A stretch of DNA of 64,000 nt from an uncultured delta proteobacterium (GTDB lineage: Bacteria; Desulfobacterota; RBG-13-43-22): assembly GCA_963790475.1 (NCBI GenBank), contig CAWBOS010000011.1, forward strand, positions 64,001 to 128,000, in the 5' to 3' direction. Positions 50,707 to 59,608 of this stretch are shown piece by piece. Positions within the stretch are counted from its first letter, which is position 1, and each line of letters starts with the position of its first letter. The position numbers and the translations under genes are program-made. The notes under the pieces were generated by a model. The model was given only the letters and a program-made list of their open reading frames with translations, was not told where the DNA came from and did no database searches.

Positions 50707-51614
50707 TCGCGGAGCCCCCGGCCGGTGAATTTTAAGAACACATCCTCCAGGGTGGCCATACGCAGGGTACAGCCGCCGGTGCAGTATTCATCGGAGATTT
50801 GGCGGAACAATTTTTCTCCTTCCCGGGTGGGGATCAACAGACGATGGGGGAGCTGTTCAAAAGAGATTTGTCGGGTCTTTAGAAAATCTAATAAGGGAGG
50901 AGCGGGATTTTCCACCTCGATCACATTACCGCCGATATGTTGGCGTATCAGGGAAAGGGGAGTTCCCTCCACCAGGATATGCCCCTGATCCATAATCACC
51001 AGACGGTCGCAAATCTGTTCGGCCTCGTCCATATAATGGGTGGTCAAAAGGATACAAAGACCCTTGTTTTTAAGTTGCCAGACCTGCTCCCAAACCTGAT
51101 GTCGGGATTGGGGATCCAGTCCGGTGGTGGGTTCGTCCATAATCAACAACTCGGGATTGTGCATCAGGGCCCGGGCGATGACCAGGCGGCGCATGAGACC
51201 GCCGGAAAGTTCCGGGACCTTGGAATCCCGTTTATGGATCAGGCCCATAAAATTCAGCCATTCTTCAGCCCTTTCCCGGGCGATCTCTTTGGGCAGATTA
51301 AAATACCGGGCGTAGACCAGCAAATTTTCCCATACCGTGAAGTCCGGATCGAGATTGTTTTCCTGATGGCAAACCCCGGTCCTGGTCTTGATTTCCCGAA
51401 AGTGCCGGCGAATATCTTTCCCGAAGACCAGCAGACTTCCTTCCGTGATTGGGGAAAATCCATAAATCATCCGGATGGTGCTGGTTTTGCCCGCGCCGTT
51501 GGGTCCTAAAAATCCAAAGCACTGCCCGGCCTGGATCTCAAACGAGATATGATCCACAGCTACCAGATCGTGAAAACATTTAGTCAGGTTTTCAGCTTTA
51601 ATCACCGGCTGCAT
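50703..51614 (-). CDS. ABC-2 ATPase (NodI-like)
   Basis: GPNGAGKT, LSGG..RRL, DEPTTGLDPQ.R, TTHYM.EA, TLED.F. Confidence 0.9.
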   Translation of the reverse strand: MQPVIKAENLTKCFHDLVAVDHISFEIQAGQCFGFLGPNGAGKTSTIRMIYGFSPITEGSLLVFGKDIRRHFREIKTRTGVCHQENNLDPDFTVWENLLVYARYFNLPKEIARERAEEWLNFMGLIHKRDSKVPELSGGLMRRLVIARALMHNPELLIMDEPTTGLDPQSRHQVWEQVWQLKNKGLCILLTTHYMDEAEQICDRLVIMDQGHILVEGTPLSLIRQHIGGNVIEVENPAPPLLDFLKTRQISFEQLPHRLLIPTREGEKLFRQISDEYCTGGCTLRMATLEDVFLKFTGRGLRE

Positions 51615-51810
51615 TGCAAACTCACTTCGCGTCCCATGAAAAGTTTCCATACATGCAAGACAATCTCAGATGACGATCGGGGTAGTTCGAAGTATTGAGT
51701 TCGGAGTTCGGAGCAAAAAAAATTTCCATCCCTGACTCCGAACTCCGAACTCGTCTTAGAAAATTGCCGAATCCAGGAATCTTTACAATCTTTCTTGATT
51801 GTGAACAATA

Positions 51811-53163
51811 TCAATTTCCCCCTTCTTCCCTTATCGGCACCCACAGCATAAGCAGCATGGCCGGGATTGAGGCGAGGAAGGCCAAGGCAAACAGATTCAA
51901 ATAACCCATATTTTCTACCATAACTCCACCGAATCCGCCGAAAAAAGTGGAGAAGAGGGACATGATGGCCGAACCGACCGCATAGTGAGAGGCCTTGAAT
52001 TCCGGTTTACAGGTGCGCAGGATATAGACGATCAGGACCGCGTTCCCGAGACCGGCGGCCATCTGTTCATAGCAGTGGACCGCGGCAATGAGGGCCAAAC
52101 CGGAGGTTGTCGACGCGGAGGGAAGGGACCAGGCCAGCCAGACATAGGCCCAGATATTGAAGTTCATGATGATGGTCAGGGGCCAGATGGCTTTTTTCAG
52201 CCCCTTTTTCTTGATCCAAATCCCCCCGATGGAAGTCCCGGCAATAGCGCCCAAGGCCCCGAGAATCCCTCCGACCCAGGAAAGCTGGGCCTTGGTTACG
52301 CCCAGTTCCCGCATGAGGAAAGGCGTGCCCATGGAGAACAAAATTTCATCGCCGATTTTATAAGTAATGATGAAGATAATAACCAGGGCCACCCTCTCCT
52401 GATCAAAGTAGGTGCTGAAGGCCCGGGCGAACTCCCGGGTAATTTCGGACAAGGATCGCGTCCCTTGAATACGGTCCTTCTCGAATCGGGGGAGCTGCCA
52501 GACATGGAATAAGGTCAGCAGCAGCATAGTGATAGCCGCGGCCCCGAAGGCATAACCCCAGGGTTGGTATTTATCGGCCCCGCCGAGAAGGGCCGCGGCA
52601 TAAGCCGCCAGGGCCACAAAGCCGCTGCGTACCAGAATAACTGCCATCCGGTAGGCAAAAACACGATAGCCGGTATAAGCGGCCTGCTCCTTGGGATCGG
52701 TCAGACCTTCCATATAGTATCCGTCAATAGCGATGTCATTGGTCGCTGAGAGGAAGGCCAGCAGGATAAAGGTCCCCGAAATAATCGCCAGGATCAAGGC
52801 GGCATCGGCCTGCCTGGCGGCGAAAAAACAACCATAGGAAACACCGACGATTAACAGTGTGATCAGGCCTTGGATGGCGATCATCCAGGTCCTTTTCTTT
52901 CCCAGGATATCGAGAAAAGGGGCCCAAAGGAATTTCAGGTTCCAGGGTATGCCCAGAAAATTCAGATACCCGATGTAACGTTCCTTCATCCCGATGTCGG
53001 TGAAGAAGACCGAAGAAAGGATCCGGATAATCGAATAGGGCAGGCCTTCGGCCAGGTAGGTGCTGAAGACCCAAACCCCTGGTTTTTTAACAGTTTGCTG
53101 AAACCGGGAACCCACCCGAAGGGCGGGATTGAGCCGCGACGTGGGGCGAACAAAAAGGCCCAT
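51811..53163 (-). CDS. ampG: AmpG-like MFS transporter whose native 5' end is interrupted by a MITE
   Basis: Y.AEGLP, PW.LKFLWAP..D, SAT.DIAIDG, HYA. Native start is probably 53337 (MNL|KKPGVW). Confidence 0.8.
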   Translation of the reverse strand: MGLFVRPTSRLNPALRVGSRFQQTVKKPGVWVFSTYLAEGLPYSIIRILSSVFFTDIGMKERYIGYLNFLGIPWNLKFLWAPFLDILGKKRTWMIAIQGLITLLIVGVSYGCFFAARQADAALILAIISGTFILLAFLSATNDIAIDGYYMEGLTDPKEQAAYTGYRVFAYRMAVILVRSGFVALAAYAAALLGGADKYQPWGYAFGAAAITMLLLTLFHVWQLPRFEKDRIQGTRSLSEITREFARAFSTYFDQERVALVIIFIITYKIGDEILFSMGTPFLMRELGVTKAQLSWVGGILGALGAIAGTSIGGIWIKKKGLKKAIWPLTIIMNFNIWAYVWLAWSLPSASTTSGLALIAAVHCYEQMAAGLGNAVLIVYILRTCKPEFKASHYAVGSAIMSLFSTFFGGFGGVMVENMGYLNLFALAFLASIPAMLLMLWVPIREEGGN

Positions 53164-53328
53164 CTATCCCGCCAACGGCAGGATTGCCCCGCCTCCCTGC
53201 CCGCCTTTCGGCGGGGCAGGCTTATTCCGACGTACTTCTTCGTACGCCTCATTCCTCAGGATTTCGGGCGCCTCGTATCTGGACCTTTTTGAGCTACCTG
53301 TGAAAAACGAGGTTTTTCGCATCCTGTT
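53089..53328. mobile_element. 240-bp MITE inserted after codon 3 of the ampG-like gene
   Basis: Ends AACAGTTTGCTGAAA / TTTTCGCATCCTGTT. Removal gives in-frame ATG AAT CTA AAA AAA CCA. Confidence 0.7.
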
Positions 53329-53333
53329 TAGAT

Positions 53334-53957
53334 TCATAGGGAGGGTTGGATCGCTGTTATGGCCGCTGTCAATTCTTCTGAACCGGAAGAAAAGAAGTGA
53401 TCCGCTCCTTTAATAATTTTGATGGGGGGTGGTGTCGGCATGGATTGGACTAAATTCCTTATCTTGGCGACAGGGGTGTAAGGGTCTTGATCCCCGAGCA
53501 CAACCAGACGCGTTTTAGTATCCTGAGATAAAAAGGAAAAATCCATCATGCCCGCCGGAGGAGAAACCAATATCGATCCTTGAACATCCGAAAGGGTCAG
53601 GGCTGCCTGAGCATTGACCCAGGCCCCAAAGGAATAACCGGCCAGAATAATTTTTTGTTCCCCTAATTCTTTCAGATAGGTTACGGCTGCTGAAACATCT
53701 TCCTGCTCCCCCAGCCCTTGATCGAAATCCCCCTGGCTTCGGCCGGTCCCCCGAAAATTAAAACACAGGGTTGTCCAGCCCTGGTCTTCAAAAGCACCGG
53801 CTATCAAACCAACCACATGATTCTGCATGTCTCCGCCGTACAAAGGATGGGGATGGGAGACCACCACGGCCTTGGACAATTTTCCCTGGATCAGCAGACC
53901 TTCCAGAGAAAGGGACCCGGAGGGGAATATTATTTTTTCTGCTATACCGGTTGCCAT
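53334..53957 (-). CDS. Alpha/beta hydrolase
   Basis: HPHPLYGG.M.N, FNFRG.G.S.G, GYSFG, G..D, GADHFF. Confidence 0.9.
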   Translation of the reverse strand: MATGIAEKIIFPSGSLSLEGLLIQGKLSKAVVVSHPHPLYGGDMQNHVVGLIAGAFEDQGWTTLCFNFRGTGRSQGDFDQGLGEQEDVSAAVTYLKELGEQKIILAGYSFGAWVNAQAALTLSDVQGSILVSPPAGMMDFSFLSQDTKTRLVVLGDQDPYTPVAKIRNLVQSMPTPPPIKIIKGADHFFSSGSEELTAAITAIQPSL

Positions 53958-54283
53958 AATTTTTCCTTCTGAATACTTATCTTTAATTTTTATTTCTTGC
54001 GACAAGTCGGGCTTAGAAAATTAACAATTTTTAGCATCGGCCACTTGTTTTTGCAAGGACAGATTTCTCGAGGAGAGTGATTATCAAATCGAAACAAACT
54101 ACAGGTCCGGGCATGTCAAGGTCAGCCTGTTTTCAAGGGAGACAGGTCCAGCATGAAGAATCCTTCCTCTCTGTATATCATGTCATTTTAAAGGAGATAC
54201 GATATTTACCTTCGGGCAAGAAAAGTAATTTGTAAACATAATAGTCATAGACCTCCGGAAATGTTCAAGAATCCATTTGGAAT

Positions 54284-54826
54284 TTGGTAATAGGGCACTT
54301 GGATTGGGATGGAGAAGGCAGAGCTTTGGACATTGGATGCGGAAACGGTGCCCTGGCGATCAAGCTGGCTCTGAAGCACCGTAAGGCACAGATCCTCGGC
54401 ATAGACTATTGGGGAAAGAAGTGGGATTACTCCAAGAGCGTCTGTGAGCGAAACGCAGCGATTGAGGGAGTAAGTGACCGCGTTGTGTTTCAGAGAGCAA
54501 GCGCCGCGTCATTGCCCTTTGCTGACGGGTACTTCGATGCCGCGTTGGGCAATTTTGTTTTCCATGAGGTCGGCGGTGTCAAAGACAAGCGTGACGTTAT
54601 TCGTGAGGGACTAAGGGTTCTCAAGAAAGGGGGTAGGTTTGCCTTTCAAGACGAATTCCTCATCAAGAAGATGTACGGCGATCCAGAGGCATTGATTGCG
54701 ACTATTAATAGCTGGGGAATAGCCAAAGTAGAGTTCATTGAAACCAGAGACTTACCCTTTATCCCACGCTTGTTGAAAGCACCGTTTATTTTAGGAACTA
54801 TGGCGATGATACGGGGGGAAAAGTGA
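54284..54826 (+). pseudogene. Class I SAM methyltransferase, probably N-terminally truncated
   Basis: LDIGCGNG, LPF.DG.FD, RVLK.GG.F; no good RBS or start codon. Confidence 0.65.
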
Positions 54827-54930
54827 ATAAGAACAGCCCAACCAGGCCATTAGACGCCGATGGCCCTTGCTTGCCGGTCCGACCCCAATTAAAGCAAATA
54901 ACAATTAAACATGACCAGGGGGCGATCGAG

Positions 54931-55092
54931 ATGAATTTTGAAGCGAAGGCCGCCGTCACGCGGAAGCACTTTACGGAGATCGATGCCAGCGACGTCCTTT
55001 ACGCCTTCGTGCCGATGGGGTACGCGGGGATCAGCGTAGTCGAGATGTCGTACGCGTTCGCCAAGGGCAAGCGCGTCGTTGTCTCGGAGCCT
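54931..55092 (+). pseudogene. Fragment resembling a nucleoside deoxyribosyltransferase-like protein
   Basis: HF..IDASD......GY.G.S..E..YA.A.GK.V pattern; locally GC-rich patch. Confidence 0.35.
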
Positions 55093-55114
55093 TGCTCAAG
55101 GTGCAATTTAGTCC

Positions 55115-55142
55115 TTGACCTTCGGAGTCTATCGTATATACT
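55115..55142 (+). promoter_or_regulatory. Sigma70 promoter of the toxin-antitoxin pair
   Basis: TTGACC-N16-TATACT upstream of a GGGAGG RBS. Confidence 0.5.
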
Positions 55143-55174
55143 ATTGGTATTACCTGCTTGAAGGGAGGATTGTC

Positions 55175-55414
55175 ATGTCCAGGACGCTATCGCTTAAAAT
55201 GCGAGATGACATTTTTTCAGAAACCGAAGAGGTTATCGACACGATCCATACATCGAGAAATGCATACATTAACGATGCCTTGAGCTTTTACAATAAGTTT
55301 ATGAAGCGACGCATCCTGAAGAAGCTGCTAAAAAAAGAGTCTATTTTGGTATCGAAGACATCACTTGAGGCGCTACAGGAATTAGAACTTATTGAAGACA
55401 AACTGCCCAAATGA
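55175..55414 (+). CDS. RHH-type antitoxin
   Basis: TLSLKM...SRNAYI..AL; overlaps the toxin start (ATGA). Confidence 0.78.
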   Translation: MSRTLSLKMRDDIFSETEEVIDTIHTSRNAYINDALSFYNKFMKRRILKKLLKKESILVSKTSLEALQELELIEDKLPK

Positions 55415-55752
55415 AGCCGATCAAATTTCATGTATATAAAGCCGACCTCAATCCCCGCTTCGGCACTGAACCAGGCAAGATCCGGCCGGTGATCGTCGTC
55501 CAAACGAATCTCTTGAATGAGAACCATCCCAGCACCATCATTTGCCCCATCACCACAAAAATTCAAATGGGGGCAGACATTCTGCGCATTCATCTGAAAA
55601 AAGGCGAGGCGGGACTTGAGCATGATTCAGATATTATCGTCGATCAGATACGTTCGATCGACAACCGGAGGTTTCTTGATCATCTTGGAGCGATTTCGGA
55701 TAAAAACAAACGACTTTTGCTGTCCAGCCTTCAAATTGTGATCCTTGAATAG
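55411..55752 (+). CDS. PemK/MazF-family toxin
   Basis: ADLNP..G.E.GK.RPV.V.Q, CP.TT, DQIR.ID..R. Confidence 0.9.
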   Translation: MKPIKFHVYKADLNPRFGTEPGKIRPVIVVQTNLLNENHPSTIICPITTKIQMGADILRIHLKKGEAGLEHDSDIIVDQIRSIDNRRFLDHLGAISDKNKRLLLSSLQIVILE

Positions 55753-55810
55753 GAGGAGTACCTAAGGTGATCGACCCTCTGATTTGGTGATCTGAGGAAT
55801 ATATGGGTTC

Positions 55811-55858
55811 GCCCAACCAGTCGTTCAAGCGGCCATACCGCTTAAATCATCGTGCCGG
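55811..55858 (+). other. Degenerate attC-like site
   Basis: GCCCAAC-CAGTC-GTTCAAGCGG...CCGCTTAAA-TCATC-GTG; R'' and L boxes present, R' degenerate. Confidence 0.5.
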
Positions 55859-55922
55859 CAGGGCTCGAGATTAGATAAGTGATAATCAGGACGCCATACA
55901 TATTTCCGGACACTAAGAAATA

Positions 55923-57506
55923 TTAACAACTTTCAGTGAGGATTTTTATCTCCAATATCCGATCTATCCGAAAATGTCGTAAATCCTGGCGTTCATGACA
56001 GTAGGCGCGCAGGCCTTCAAAGGGTTTCCCCTTATATTCGAGCAGGGCAATGGCTTCGGGACGAATCCGGCGGCGGGATTTGGTGTCATCGGGCTTGAGA
56101 TAAACGATTTCCAGGTCCTGTCTCTCTCCCATGGCCGTTTCGATCATTCGCACCTTGTCCGCATAAGCCAGCCGCTCTTCTGATTTTTCATATTGAAAAC
56201 GGGTCAGGAATTGGATAACCCGGTAATCCATGAGAATATGCTGTTTTCTTATGGGTTGGCGAAGGACGATGCCTTGAAGACTGGTACAGCGGCTCAGGGC
56301 CACGTAAACTTGTCCATGGGCGAAGGTCCCCCGGCCGATATCAATAACCACCCGGTCGAAGGTTTTCCCCTGACTCTTATGGATGGTAATGGCCCAGGCC
56401 AGCTTTATGGGATATTGAGTAAAGGAGCCCATGGGTTCGGAATAAATTTTCCGGACTTTCTCATCAAAGCCATATCGGAAGATATTCCAGGTATAGGGGG
56501 TAACCGGCACGATAAAATTACCCGGAAGTTCGACCTTGATAATATCCTCTTCCCCTTTTTGGTGAATGATCTCGTTGACCTTGCCGATGGAACCGTTGAC
56601 CCAGCGGCCCAAAGGATCATTATTGAGCAGCATGACCTGAGCCCCGGCTTTAAGTTCCAGGTCCTTGTCTGTAGGGATGGCCGATTTTTCGAATTCTCCT
56701 TCAACGAGACCCTGATAGGTATATACCTTGCCGGGAAGATGTTTCAATTTCTCCTGGTTTTGCCGAAAAGCCTGATCGTTGGTGCTCGTCAAATAAAGGT
56801 ACAAATCTTCTTCGGGTGGGACGAAATCCGGGAGGCAATTTTGGTTGAGACGGACGATATCCGAGTCGGTTACCGAGCGGTTCCGGATGGCATTGAGCAG
56901 GGCTATGAAATCCTCTTCGGTTTGACGATAGATTTTTTACAACTCCACGAATTCCATTTTGAATTTCGGGTCCAAAAAAATTTGGGAGGAAAAGAAATAA
57001 GGAGATTCATATTGAAGGCGGAAGATATCTTTTTCGGTCGAGGTAACCACCGGAGGGAGTTGGTACAGGTCTCCGATAAAAATCATCTGGATCCCGCCGA
57101 AATGTTTTTTAGGCTGTGGCCCATTTAGACGAAGGAATTTTTCCACGCAATCCAGAAGGTCGGCCCGCACCATAGAGATTTCGTCAATGATGATGGTATC
57201 CAGCTTTTTATAAATGGAGGGGCGGTCTTTGTCTTTCTGGGCCTTTTTTTTGACTTTATCCAGGGCAATGTCCGGCCTGAAGCCGCAGAAGGAATGGATG
57301 GTCTGCCCCTGGACATTGAGGGCCGCCACCCCGGTTGGGGCCAGAACGGCGACACGCTTGCGGGTCACTTTTCGAAAATAATTAAGGAGGGTCGATTTGC
57401 CCGTACCGGCCTTCCCGGTAATGAAAACAGGGTGGTCGGTGTTCTCCATCAGGTCCAGGGCCTGCTGAAACTGTTCGTTGATTTCTATGGACAAGGTGTC
57501 GGGCAT
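55923..57506 (-). pseudogene. Pif1-like helicase with C-terminal WYL-like domain; single in-frame TAA at 56937-56939
   Basis: ...EFVEL*KIYRQ... continues in the same frame; all helicase motifs present; C-terminal I.Y......RRI.P......L.AYCH.R...R.FR.DRI. Confidence 0.85.
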
Positions 57507-57628
57507 GATAGGCCTTTGATATATCAGTAAAGCAAATATCGGTCCGGTTTGTATTATTTTTGTACCATAAACTAAAGGGATTTAAGGTCAAGGGAAAAAG
57601 AGGAAAATAATCCGGAAATAATGACGGA

Positions 57629-58621
57629 TCAGATCGATACCGGTAAAAGCAGGATCAAGGGATCGGGGCCTCTTTGGCCTGATGAAGACCGAGGGTCCGG
57701 CAAGGGAGATGAGTTGGGTGGAAAGACGAGACGGTATTTACCCTCAGACGGCAAATCTAATGATAAAAGGGATTTCTGAAAATCATCGACAGCACTTTTT
57801 GAAGCGGATCCAATAGGAAGAAATAAAACCGCATCCATCTTTTCCCGGATGAGGCCATTGATGCCCGGATTATTAAAAGCTGCCCCGGCCAGGGAACTCA
57901 AATCCGGCAAGGGAATGGAGTTAGTCCGGCCTTCTTCCGGATCCAGGCCGTAATGTTCGGCCCGGACCCACTGCTGGGTGGTAAAAAGGGTGAAGGGTTC
58001 AGGAACCAAGGTATTCTTTAATTCCCTCCAGGCGGACAGAGCCGGGGGACAGTTGATCTCCGTTTCAATCCTTTTTAATACCAGCGGGTCGGTCGATTTC
58101 CAAATCGATACCTCCTCCTGGTTTTCTTGCCAGCCCTGGACCAAAATTTTTTCCTGCTCCTCGATTTCGGCGAGGGAGTTCTCCACTTCCCGTTCCTGCA
58201 TCATCCATTCATGAATCAGACAAAGGAGAATCGGGCCGCTGACCAGAGGGGAATCGCTTTGGCGCTTTTTTAAAGGCCGCCCCATCATCAATCCGGCAAT
58301 CTCTTCTTGAGTTTCCATTTCTTCTTGAGCAGCCGCCTCCATAAGGTATTTCAGAAAACCCCTTCCGGGATTATTCGCCACATAATACTCCAACTCCCTC
58401 AACAGGATATCTTTTTCCTTGATCTCCTCCCGAGTTCGCACCGGAGACCGGGCCTGAATCAATCCCTGATCCGCCAGAGATTGGAAAGAGACCGGTAAAG
58501 GTAATGGATAAGGGTGCAGTAATAGGGCTTGCCGAAATAATAAGATGGCCCAGGCCAGGGCCTCTTCCTCCATCAGGGTATAGGGACAAATCAGGGCGGG
58601 GCGTACTACATAGGAACTCAT
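57629..58621 (-). CDS. Hypothetical protein
   Basis: 330-aa ORF with an AAGG RBS; no recognised motif. Confidence 0.6.
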   Translation of the reverse strand: MSSYVVRPALICPYTLMEEEALAWAILLFRQALLLHPYPLPLPVSFQSLADQGLIQARSPVRTREEIKEKDILLRELEYYVANNPGRGFLKYLMEAAAQEEMETQEEIAGLMMGRPLKKRQSDSPLVSGPILLCLIHEWMMQEREVENSLAEIEEQEKILVQGWQENQEEVSIWKSTDPLVLKRIETEINCPPALSAWRELKNTLVPEPFTLFTTQQWVRAEHYGLDPEEGRTNSIPLPDLSSLAGAAFNNPGINGLIREKMDAVLFLPIGSASKSAVDDFQKSLLSLDLPSEGKYRLVFPPNSSPLPDPRSSSGQRGPDPLILLLPVSI

Positions 58622-58738
58622 GATTAACCTTTATATTGTTTTAATAGAAAATTATTTTAGTTCGGAGTATTGAGTTCGGAGTGAAATCTCCTTACTCCAA
58701 ACTCCGAACTCGAAACTCAAAACTCAAAACTTTTGGTC

Positions 58739-59365
58739 TCAATCCGTAGCGGTTCTTTTCTTCACCCCGGCGGCCTCCAAAAACGCGGCTATTTTTTCAT
58801 AGGGTTGGGCACCCACCAAAAAACGTTCCTCTAAAAGAAAGGTCGGGACGGCCTGAACCCCTTTTTGACGGGAACGAACCCAGTCTGAATCCACCGCTTC
58901 TTTAAAAACCCTTTTTCGCAGCACTTCCTGAGCTTCGTCTTCGGAAAGCCCGATGTCCCCGGCCAAAGAAGTGAGTTCCGAAATTTTTCCGATGTTGATT
59001 CCGTCGACAAAATAGGCTTTAAAAACCCGGTGGTGGAATTCGGTTCCTTTGCCTTTGGACTCAGCCCATTTACCCAACTCCTGGGCCAAGCGGCTGTTAT
59101 AGGTCATCTTCCGGTCTCCGAAAGGCAGGCCCGCATCCCGGGCCGCCTGTTTCAACCGGGCCCTGATCTGATCTATATCCAGACGACCGGCGAAAAGTTC
59201 TTCAATGGATTGTCCGTCTTCCGGAGTTTCGGGATGAAGAGGAAAAGCGGTCCAGCGGATATCTATTTCAAAGGCCTTGTGCAATCGTTCAATACGCCCG
59301 GTAATGAAATAACACCAGGGTCAGACATAGTCGGAAAAAATTTCAAGAATTGGGATCTCCATCAT
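58739..59365 (-). CDS. DsbA/FrnE-like selenoprotein (UxxC), 208 aa
   Basis: MMEIPILEIFSDYV-TGA-PWCYF is in frame with the downstream ORF; F.LHPE, GV.AVPTF, GAQP. Confidence 0.85.
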
Positions 59366-59608
59366 CGGTTTCCTTTCCAATAGGCTGCGGGTTGTTGAAA
59401 CCGTCGCCGTTTTCAGAATCTAAGGCACGGACACGGCCTTAGTTCGTCAAAGTTTCGATGCAGACAACACCGATAGCTTAACATGTAAGCGGAAAAGGTG
59501 TAAAGGACAAAAGGGTTAAGGAAGGCAATCCGGACACCGGGGGGGAATAGGACTGGTCTTGATCGAAAAATTAAAATTCAACGGAATCCCGGGGGATCTT
59601 CAGGTCAA

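Noticed and set aside
56937-56939. Programmed frameshift or Sec/Pyl recoding in the helicase
   Set aside because: Both halves are in the same frame and the codon is TAA.
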